Shown here piece after piece: positions 1 to 7,880 of a DNA stretch of 32,761 bases. The DNA is from a virus (taxonomy: Duplodnaviria > Caudoviricetes): IMG/VR virus record IMGVR_UViG_3300049781_000104, positions 1 to 32,761 of that record; one strand, written 5' to 3'. Position 1 is the stretch's first letter, and every line of letters starts with the position of its first letter. The translations under genes were made by a program, and so were the position numbers. The notes under the pieces were generated by a model. It made no database searches, had not been told where the DNA came from, and saw nothing but the letters and a program-made list of their open reading frames with translations.

Positions 1-255
1 ATTTTCTAATCTCTACATATTCTCTTAGTATTTTTATTAATGCTGTATTTAACGATGCCTCATCAGCTCTGATCATTTCTGCCATCCCTGAGGGGAAAGT
101 TATAACAGTTGTATACTGATTCTTATCCCGCGCACCATCAAATTTGATTAAAAACACGTCGCCATTTTCTCTAACAATTTCAGCACAAAAAATTAAATTC
201 TCAACAGAAATTTCTTTATTGTTTTTTCCCAAATGGCAGCAATTGACCGTTCCAT
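1..255 (-). pseudogene. Frameshifted small immunity-like protein; 3' end at or just past the window edge
   Basis: ATG at 255 reads MERSIAAIWEK. One extra A in the 6-nt run at 222-227 would continue it as NNKEISVENLIFCAEIVRENGDVFLIKFDGARDKNQYTTVITFPSG...EIRK. It lies within a toxin/immunity array. Confidence 0.5.
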
Positions 256-336
256 AATTTTTTATTTATTTTGAAAGCATTTTGAGATTTCAACAACATC
301 GTCTATTATTTAAGTATGTTAGATTAACTGTAAGTG

Positions 337-688
337 TTAGATGTTATAAATATCATGCAAAAACTCAGAGTCGGGACTATTCAGTATTAAACATTCACTA
401 GTTGACTCTTTCTTATACCATAATTCCAAACGCCCTTTTCCAGGGCCTTTTTCTATAGCCCTAACTCCATCTATAACACAGAAAAAACCAAACCGCACTC
501 TGAACAGACTCTATCATAATTTGTTTAACCATGTCTTTGCCTGACTCATCCAAGCTATTATAGAATGCCGACATTTTTTTTAACCCCTCACTAGGAAGTT
601 TTCCTTCCTCAAATTCCTTTATTAAACTATTAATAGTAGACTGCTCTACTGCAGTCCTAATTGCATTTACAAATTCCTCATTATTCAT
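337..688 (-). pseudogene. Frameshifted putative immunity protein
   Basis: ORF 461..688 continues in another frame near 490 as GFFCVIDGVRAIEKGPGKGRLELWYKKE...EFLHDIYNI, stop at 337-339. It has an ATGA overlap with the upstream ORF. Confidence 0.6.
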
Positions 689-960
689 CGAATGCCTTTT
701 TTAAATGACTCGGGATATTTTGTTTTATTAAGTTCAATTATTTTAAGTAACACCGTTGACGGAATAGGCGTACAACTTCGCAAATATAAGATTTCACTTG
801 CCAGCAATCCTCGTGCACTGTTTATGTCTCTAAATCTTACAGCTCGAATGTTTTTATGAACCGTCAAAGGCAATGCTATGGACACTCCTGTGTTAATATC
901 AAACTTCTTTATCACTCTTACTGCATCCCTAGCATTAGGTATATGATGTAAATCCAGCAT
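685..960 (-). CDS. Stand-alone HNH-like (LDLHH..H) domain, paralog of the upstream toxin tip
   Basis: The likely start is ATG at 960 (MLDLHHIP), 1 nt after the toxin stop at 962-964. It aligns colinearly with the toxin tip. Confidence 0.65.
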   Translation of the reverse strand: MLDLHHIPNARDAVRVIKKFDINTGVSIALPLTVHKNIRAVRFRDINSARGLLASEILYLRSCTPIPSTVLLKIIELNKTKYPESFKKGIR

Positions 961-961
961 A

Positions 962-2010
962 TTATTGTGTTTTAGGTAGTTTGGGCGCTCTCGGCGGCCT
1001 CTCATATGAGGTCGGGAACTGAGCTTTGGCCATATTTAGCAATCGTTCTATGTAGGTATTTGCTACACCAGCTTGTCTCAAGTTTCATGCGTCATTTCCC
1101 AAAAGCTGCCTTGGCGTACCAGTATAAGTTCCTTTAGTCCTTGGTATCTCCCTATGAGTAACTTCATTCAAAGCAATTGCTGTACCTGTTTCTGGCCTAT
1201 AGCCAGGTATAACTTGTCCCGCAGGGTGTTTTTGTGGCACATGATGCAGATCCAAATGATCTCCAACATCTGATCGATCCTGCAAGTCTTTATACTCACC
1301 TATATCATATTCCTGAACTGGCTGTCTGTTCTGACTATTAGCTGCATTCGCCAATACTATAGGAGCTTGATTTATTTCGGCATTCACAGCTGGTTTCAAA
1401 ACAACAGCTCACTACCAGAGACAGCAAACCCTGTTGATAAATTCCCTCCACCTCCTTCTGGTAGAGGTAAAGAAGAAACTACTAACGCTCCTCCATTAAA
1501 ACAACCCGCTTCTGCCCCATAAAAACCAAGGCTCTCAGGAGTCTTACGCATAAGACCAAAAGAGAGTAATCTATTACCTCCTTCCACCATCCCTGCTGTC
1601 GACGCACGAAGGTTGCGTAAACCCTGGCGAGTATCTCCCTTGATTTAATCCCAACTCTTAGGTTGTATATTGGCTACTTTATCAAAATTCTCTCCTGTTT
1701 TAGCGGCATCTCCCCCCATTCCATACATTAATAGCATATAGGTGGTTCTCGCACTTGTATACCAACCTGGAGGATCTGAGTAATTCCCTAATACATCACT
1801 GTATAATATCGGACTATTATTGAGCGTCGCATATTCACTGATTCCTGTTATAGGTTCCGGATCAAGATTCCACCTCCTTCCTATCCTTGAATCATACTCC
1901 CAGAACTGCGCAGTATAATTATTATCTCCTACCTCACTCGATTTTTCTTGCCCATTAAACCCATAACGATAACAGTCCATAACCAACATTTCTACAGCTC
2001 TGCAGTTCAA
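962..2010 (-). pseudogene. Orphan Rhs C-terminal toxin 1 with HNH-type nuclease tip, disrupted
   Basis: Rhs core YRYGFNGQEK...YDSRIGRRWNLDP...SPILYSDVLG. In-frame TAA at 1645, frameshift near 1400, in-frame TGA at 1085, natural stop at 962. The tip reads DHLDLHHVPQKHP...AIAL...H. Confidence 0.8.
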
Positions 2011-2208
2011 CTAGCCCCACAAAGCGAAATAGTAAGTCTCTTCTGCATCATTGAACTTTCCTCATAATCTCCAAAATGACCAATTATCTCAAGAACTTTT
2101 GACCTCATATAACTAAAACAGCTGGCGGATTATTACCACCAGCCGTATATTTTATTCACATATCTTTCTAGATAGTTTCAATCAAAAACCACTATAAAAG
2201 TGACAATA

Positions 2209-2626
2209 TCAAATTACCACTACTAACGCTTTTGAAAACAAGCCCCTTATTTTATAAACATCCGTAAAGAATTGTCGAGCTTCTTTAATCTTTTCTCTCC
2301 CAACCTCAGGAACAATAAATTTAGCTTTAAAAACATCGTTTATAAACTCCTCTGGTAATAATGACCAATATCCCCGCTTCAAATAAAAAGGCAAATAACT
2401 TGGCCATATCCATTTCCCGTCTGTATAAAACACAAGTGGTGCAATAAATGTATTCCTATCAAAAACCTCCTCCAAAAACGCAAATACTCTAACACCGTGC
2501 TCCAAAAAAAACAACATTATCAATATAATCCTCTTTTTCAGTCGGAGCTGCTAGATCTTTAATATAGCTTCCAATTTTCAATCTGAAATTTTCATGATCT
2601 TTTATTACCCCAACAAATTTTATCAT
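2209..2626 (-). pseudogene. Putative immunity protein (YTDGxWxWP type), frameshifted in an 8-nt homopolymer
   Basis: ATG at 2626 (MIKFVGVIKD...) joins ORF 2209..2523 through a frameshift at the A8 run 2504-2511. It starts 8 nt after the toxin-fragment stop. Confidence 0.65.
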
Positions 2627-2634
2627 AAACTAAA

Positions 2635-3139
2635 TTATCGTTTAGATAATAACATTTTACCAGTTTCATGGGCGTCATTACTAAATACATGAAACTACAT
2701 ACCAAAATTAATGGCCGCATCAGGGTCACCTACCCTCCATATCCAAAGACTTCCGCTTGGTGCTATAACTAGAGCCCTGCCAATTTACTCAATTGAGCTG
2801 CAGTTCCAATATTCAGCTTCCCTGCATAACAAAACATTAATCTGATTTTGTCTCTGCTGATACCCGCCGCTAACATATCCTCATATAACTGCCGAACTGT
2901 AACAAAACTACCTGCGCCTCTAGTAAATGCCAAACCACTCTTATCTCCATGAATCACCACATTATACCAGCCCCTTTTTGAAACAAGATTTTCAGCGGCC
3001 TCCAATGTAAGAGCATCTGATCCAAAATACTTAATGTTTTTGCTAAATTCATTGCCCTGCTCCATGCCCAGATTACACCACTTTGAACAAAAATAGGCAT
3101 AAGCCCTTCCATAGCCTCTATACTCGACGCATTCGACAT
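2635..3139 (-). pseudogene. Degenerate toxin tip, caspase/C80-like cysteine peptidase fold
   Basis: VVIHG...IRLMFCYAG...AAQLSKL, then after a frameshift VIAPSGSLW. The His-Gly/Cys dyad spacing is typical of caspase-like toxin domains. No Rhs core is retained. Confidence 0.55.
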
Positions 3140-3166
3140 CCAGTCCGCGGTCTCAGGGGATTACGA

Positions 3167-3403
3167 CTAAAGCATCTCCTTCCTAAATCCAGCATTAGCA
3201 TACATCAACTTACCTATAGACGTCCAATCATAATTGCTTCGCTCAGTTGTTACCAATCCGTCAAAATACAGATTTAACCCAGAAGTCATTCCATTAGCAC
3301 TCTCAGGATCTTCTGGATGCAAAACAATATGTGTCGTTGTAGTTCTTTCCCCTCTATCGATTACTGTATTTGTCTGTATTTCAATCAAAACAAAAATCAA
3401 CAA
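3167..3403 (-). CDS. Hypothetical protein or fragment (possible orphan immunity remnant)
   Basis: 78-aa ORF co-oriented with the array; weak TTG start; no recognised motif. Confidence 0.3.
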   Translation of the reverse strand: MLIFVLIEIQTNTVIDRGERTTTTHIVLHPEDPESANGMTSGLNLYFDGLVTTERSNYDWTSIGKLMYANAGFRKEML

Positions 3404-3419
3404 CTCCTAAAAGGTATAG

Positions 3420-3437
3420 CTGACGATCTATCGTCAG
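3420..3437. terminator. Intergenic hairpin, possible terminator after the FGE gene
   Basis: ctgacgat-ct-atcgtcag inverted repeat. Confidence 0.35.
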
Positions 3438-3515
3438 TTATCAAAAAATACAACACAATATTATAGCATATTAAATCTATCACAACCAATTACACTTTAT
3501 TATTAATCAGATTGA

Positions 3516-4268
3516 TCAATAAGTACCGGAATACTGAAACACCAATCTAAACCCATATGGCTCTATATATTCGTTTACACAACCAACACTTTGATTAATA
3601 GGTGAAATACACTCCTCCATACTTTGATTATAGTCACCCCCAACAGCATCCATAAAGCCATTATTGGACATTGTACTTATAGGGTCTACAAAAATCGACT
3701 GTCCCGAATCTGCACTTACATCTGCCGACATCTCAAGAATATTTCCGAACATATCATATAACCCCCAAGGGGACGGCTTCTTCAGTCCGACTTCATGAAT
3801 CTTACCGTTACTATTTTCTTTATACCACGCAAAATCGGAGAATGTAGCATTTCCCAACACATCCCAGAAAAAGGGATCATCACTCAGAATTCTAGAAAAA
3901 CATCCATATCTCATTTGCATGAAGTTGGGTAATGAAAATAGTACTTGATCCTGTTTATCACCGCTTTTCAGCTCTAAAGTATTTAATCTATCAATAAAAG
4001 ACAAAACCATCTGAAGGTCCACGGCATATACCGGAGTTCTCGCCGAAAATGTACCAAATTCGAAGAAATCCTCTCCCATAACGCCTTTCCACTGACCATT
4101 CGTGACCGATGTATTTGACATCCAGAAGCCTTTTTCAAAAATAACCTCGACTGTATCTCTTCCTGTTTTCTGCCACAAAGAAGTTCCCCTTGTAATCTGC
4201 GTATAACGTCCAGGAGGGCACCAAACAAATGTTAGTTCTTCATCAAAGCCGATTTTAAAAGATATCAT
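3516..4268 (-). CDS. Formylglycine-generating enzyme (FGE-sulfatase/SUMF1) domain protein, candidate immunity protein
   Basis: Motifs FWMSNTSVTNGQW, FAWY, HEVGLKKPSPWGLYDMFGNILE and GFRL. It lies directly downstream of Rhs-CT 2. Confidence 0.85.
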   Translation of the reverse strand: MISFKIGFDEELTFVWCPPGRYTQITRGTSLWQKTGRDTVEVIFEKGFWMSNTSVTNGQWKGVMGEDFFEFGTFSARTPVYAVDLQMVLSFIDRLNTLELKSGDKQDQVLFSLPNFMQMRYGCFSRILSDDPFFWDVLGNATFSDFAWYKENSNGKIHEVGLKKPSPWGLYDMFGNILEMSADVSADSGQSIFVDPISTMSNNGFMDAVGGDYNQSMEECISPINQSVGCVNEYIEPYGFRLVFQYSGTY

Positions 4269-4339
4269 AGCGTTAATATTTGACCAAAATTAAACTGGTA
4301 AATCTATATATAGAGTATACCTTGATATATTACATACTT

Positions 4340-5437
4340 CTAATTACTTGACGGTCGGGTAAATTCTATATTCACTTTGTCCCATGTTATACCATCAGCA
4401 TTCAGTTTGCCTCCAATACGTTTCACTTGAGTAAAACCTCTGTCCTTCACCTGCATTCCTGTAAAAGTTTGCAACGCCGCTTCTTCGAGTGGTATATTTC
4501 TGCGCAACAACTCATTTAATTTTGCCAAATTTGATCCATATGACCAATTGCCAATAATTGCTTTTATTTTTCCTCCCTTATCAAGGACCTCGTTATATGG
4601 CATGCCAAACACTTCCCTTCCCGTAGGAGTACCTTTATGAGTATAACGTTCTCCTGTAAGCGGATTCATTAGATCTAACGCAGTCGCAAAGTATCCATTT
4701 GATTTTGTAAACGTTGCTAAGCCTCCTATAAAAGACTTTCCGCTTTTAGCATGCTCAGCTGGCACGTCATATCTAGCATTGATCTCATCTGAGCTTTCAT
4801 TGTCGCTTGTTTTATCACTCGTACTAGATAGTATGAAAAAACTTGTTCGGACGGATGAAGTAAATACATTAAGAGTAGATTTTGTTAGTACTGACAAACC
4901 ATTAGAAGAATATGCTAATCCTGGTGACATCCCTGAGCCACTACCTCCACCTGGTATTGGTTTAGGACTTATTCCTACCACAAAACTAACTTGATCATAT
5001 GGTTTCTTATATTGCTCATTTAATCCAATATCTTCAGCAGATCTGTTTAAAAGACCAAAACTTAAATCACCGAGGTAACCGTTCATCGTTGCCAATGTTG
5101 GAGCCATAACCGCTGCTTTCAACACTTTCCAATTTTCTTTACCAACATCAGTGTAGAAGGGAAAATCTATGACGGCGGTATATATATATTCCTTCCATCC
5201 TTTACGCTCCGGATCACCTGGGCCCATACGAAATACATCAATAAACTTAATTGGATTATTTGCTGCAAAAACATAAACACCAAGATCCGGATATTTGTCA
5301 GCTAACGGGTCGATAGACAAAAACTTACATGTTCTAGAATCATATATTCTAGCTCCAAAATCAATCTGATTCCCCGCTCCCTTCACCTCATTGTCATTCT
5401 CCTTCCCATTAAACCCATAACGATAACCGCGTAAACC
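4340..5437 (-). CDS. Orphan Rhs C-terminal toxin 2 (open frame, no proper start; tip of unknown activity)
   Basis: The frame extends 5' of the called ORF to GLRGYRYGFNGKENDNEVKG, followed by DFGARIYDSR...FLSIDPL...NNPIKFID. Confidence 0.85.
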   Translation of the reverse strand, partial: GLRGYRYGFNGKENDNEVKGAGNQIDFGARIYDSRTCKFLSIDPLADKYPDLGVYVFAANNPIKFIDVFRMGPGDPERKGWKEYIYTAVIDFPFYTDVGKENWKVLKAAVMAPTLATMNGYLGDLSFGLLNRSAEDIGLNEQYKKPYDQVSFVVGISPKPIPGGGSGSGMSPGLAYSSNGLSVLTKSTLNVFTSSVRTSFFILSSTSDKTSDNESSDEINARYDVPAEHAKSGKSFIGGLATFTKSNGYFATALDLMNPLTGERYTHKGTPTGREVFGMPYNEVLDKGGKIKAIIGNWSYGSNLAKLNELLRRNIPLEEAALQTFTGMQVKDRGFTQVKRIGGKLNADGITWDKVNIEFTRPSSN

Positions 5438-5469
5438 CTACGCCTACTAAGTGTAGTAGTCATATAGAA

Positions 5470-5495
5470 AAGCGCCTTCGACATAGTAGGCGCTT
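5470..5495 (-). terminator. Intrinsic terminator-like hairpin between cassettes
   Basis: aagcgcct/aggcgctt 8-bp stem running into a short T tract on the minus strand. Confidence 0.5.
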
Positions 5496-5653
5496 CAAGA
5501 ACCGATATCTTTCAATGAATATATTACCTTGAAAAAGAATAACTGGACGCGCCAATTTCACGAAACCCACTTTACATATCCAGTAAATAGCTCAACGTCT
5601 AGCATTAAGGAGCTGACAAGCTCTGTTCATATACAGCACTACGATAAAATGAC

Positions 5654-6124
5654 CTATTGTTTTCCACTGTTAGCTGTTCTCACTTTACGCAAACGTCTTC
5701 CATTGGAGGATTTTCCATTCTTATAGGTATCCAAAAAAACCGGAGTGGTATCTACTTGAAACTCATCTATAAATATGTCATCATTGCCTGAATTTCCAAA
5801 GAATACCTTTTCCTTCATATCCTCAACTATCCACATGCCCTCACGAAGCAAGTACAACCTGTTCGAAACACGGTACAAACCTAATTGTCCACACTCGATT
5901 GGTAGGCTGTCCTTATCTGACCTTTTCAAGAAAAAAAATTTCCGTGAACCTAAAAATATAATTGTATCACTAGATTTACTATCGTTAGGAATCCACCGTA
6001 CGCTATCATACTTATTGAATAATACAATGCTTTTGTTCTTAAAAAAAACACTCGCAGTATCCTGTGAAAATGTCCTCTGAACAAGAAACAACAACATGCT
6101 TGAAATTAAAACACCTTTTATCAT
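5654..6124 (-). CDS. Putative cognate immunity protein with Sec signal peptide (C-terminus possibly truncated)
   Basis: ATGA overlap with Rhs-CT 3; hydrophobic N-terminus MIKGVLISSMLLFLVQRTFS-Q. Confidence 0.65.
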   Translation of the reverse strand: MIKGVLISSMLLFLVQRTFSQDTASVFFKNKSIVLFNKYDSVRWIPNDSKSSDTIIFLGSRKFFFLKRSDKDSLPIECGQLGLYRVSNRLYLLREGMWIVEDMKEKVFFGNSGNDDIFIDEFQVDTTPVFLDTYKNGKSSNGRRLRKVRTANSGKQ

Positions 6125-6990
6125 TTTTTTATGGCAATTGAAACATTAGTATTAGCTTCGGATGGAGTTTTTTTAGTTCTCGTGAACCACTCCAATTTAA
6201 TTTCAGAACCATATTTATTCTTCAATAGCTCTTCGTAAGACGAGATTACCTGTTTGTCCAACGGATACGGCGTCCCTATTTGGATATACACCTTTGGATT
6301 TTCAATTCCGGAAATATGCTTCAACTCACCTAATTGAATTCCAATTTGTTGATCAACAGACTTTATTCCATTCCAGTTAAAAGAAATACCACTTACATAT
6401 CCAACACTCTCTCCCATCACATATCCATCACGTGAAAATTCTTTTCCTTTTCCTACAACACTACCATTATCTTCTACAGTCGCTTGCACTGCTTCATTTC
6501 TTTTGGCAGTCGTATTACCTGCCACTACAAACTTCTCAAATGCGTTAAGTTCCTTATCATTTTCTTGAATGTCCGGTTTCTTTCTGTTAAACTCGAACCC
6601 ATTTTGAATACGTAATACAGCTTGGTTTTGATCATTTAGGGTCCCATCTGAAAATTGGATTTCCAAATTCTGTACTTTATTATCCCTACTCGCCACCCTA
6701 GTGATAGTCAACTTGCCAGAGTTAAGCACTTTTTCGTAAATCACCAACATCTTTTCCAGCCCGTCTAAATCAATACTCCTGATCACGTCATTTTCAGCAA
6801 ACGCATAAGTACTATTCCATGGATAATCCGCTCTTAACGGATCCACACTCAAAAACTTTCCTAACCTCGGATCATACACCCTCATCCCATAATCCTGCTG
6901 ATTCCCCTCACCCTTCACCTCATTATCATTCTCCTTCCCATTAAACCCATAACGATAACTCCCTAAACCCCACTGCCTGTCCGGTTGCAA
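6121..6990 (-). CDS. Orphan Rhs C-terminal toxin 3
   Basis: Canonical Rhs-associated core YRYGFNGKENDNEVKGEGNQQDYGMRVYDPRLGKFLSVDPL...IDLDGLE followed by about 210 aa of unique tip. Confidence 0.9.
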   Translation of the reverse strand: MQPDRQWGLGSYRYGFNGKENDNEVKGEGNQQDYGMRVYDPRLGKFLSVDPLRADYPWNSTYAFAENDVIRSIDLDGLEKMLVIYEKVLNSGKLTITRVASRDNKVQNLEIQFSDGTLNDQNQAVLRIQNGFEFNRKKPDIQENDKELNAFEKFVVAGNTTAKRNEAVQATVEDNGSVVGKGKEFSRDGYVMGESVGYVSGISFNWNGIKSVDQQIGIQLGELKHISGIENPKVYIQIGTPYPLDKQVISSYEELLKNKYGSEIKLEWFTRTKKTPSEANTNVSIAIKK

Positions 6991-7083
6991 CAGCCCTGCA
7001 CATTATTTTACTCAAAGAACTGACCCTAAGATATAGTTTTTTCTTTCATCTGTATTTCAACTGAAAGAAAAAAATAACACGCA

Positions 7084-7642
7084 CGTCGGTGGGATAGTGG
7101 ATGCGTTACTAATGCTGAGGATCTTTCCTGCTGATCAGTAGAGTACTGATGAACAGCCCTTGTACTGACGCTCACCGCATCCACTATCCTGCCGACGGAA
7201 GCAAGATAGTACTAACGCTGACCAGGGTACCACCGCTCCCGTTCGCGCAGCATATCATCCGCTGGTGGGTCAGCGATGTAATGCCTGGCAGCTATAACCG
7301 ATGCTTAATAGCGGTCCTCCGCCACCACCGCCATGCCGCCACGGCCGCTGGGGCGGGAGTGCGCAGCGCAGCGTAGCACGAAGCCACAGCTGGCCGCGGC
7401 TAGTCCTTGTTAATAGCCGGGAGCGCAGCGGACGGCAAAGACAAAAAGATAAGGCCGTGGCGGCTAGGCAGGTGGCGGACGAACTACAGGCAGCGTAGGG
7501 ATGGCCGTAGCAGAGCCAACGTGCGGGGCCGCCAGACCGGGAGCTGCCCGAACGTAGGACGAAGGGGCGCAAAAACTGTGACAGGCTGCGCTTGGGAGCC
7601 ATTGCATACAGCACACTTTGCGCAGCCTGGCGCAGCTTTTTG
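7084..7642. other. GC-rich multi-stem non-coding element (structured ssDNA or RNA)
   Basis: Inverted repeats at 7084-7105/7176-7197, 7216-7223/7268-7275, 7318-7346/7453-7479 and 7582-7591/7620-7629, plus several GCGNAGC mini-hairpins. Confidence 0.7.
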
Positions 7643-7740
7643 TTCGACCCGAGGACGGAGTGAGACCGCTTTTCCTGATTCCTCTAACCAGGTACAGACT
7701 TTAATAACTATATTCAGCCTATGTCAATCACCATTTGTTT

Positions 7741-7771
7741 GGACGCGGGTTCGATTCCCGCCGACTCCACA
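7741..7771 (+). ncRNA. ssrA: tmRNA 3'-end fragment (attachment-site core)
   Basis: GGAC-GCGGG-TTCGATT-CCCGC-CGACTCC-A gives a T-arm, the acceptor 3' strand with U70 (Ala identity) and discriminator A. I found no matching GGGGTCG 5' end upstream, so this is only a fragment. Confidence 0.85.
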
Positions 7772-7773
7772 CA

Positions 7774-7798
7774 GAAACGCGCCACCATGGCGCGTTTC
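7774..7798 (+). terminator. Hairpin after the tmRNA 3' end
   Basis: gaaacgcgcca-cca-tggcgcgtttc, a perfect 11-bp stem. Confidence 0.75.
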
Positions 7799-7880
7799 GC
7801 TACTTCTAAAAAGATTCTGTCAAAAAAACGGGCAGAATCGCCTGACGGCCTGAAACTTAAAATCAGGCGTTTAATGGCTC

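Larger units (their letters stand above)
1951..6959. repeat. Rhs-core direct repeat, three copies
   Basis: cccattaaacccataacgataac is identical at 1951-1973, 5405-5427 and 6937-6959. Copies 2 and 3 match over 49 bp with 1 mismatch (5379-5427 vs 6911-6959). Confidence 0.95.

Noticed and set aside
3516-4268. FGE/CLec-fold protein as a DGR target
   Set aside because: No reverse transcriptase and no template-repeat/variable-repeat pair in the window.
7084-7197. Retron msr-msd or integron attC site
   Set aside because: No adjacent RT or integron integrase, no RYYYAAC/GTTRRRY ends, and the structure is not repeated between cassettes.
7300-7771. Complete tmRNA or tRNA gene
   Set aside because: I found no complementary 5' acceptor strand (GGGGTCG), tag ORF, or D/anticodon arms upstream.
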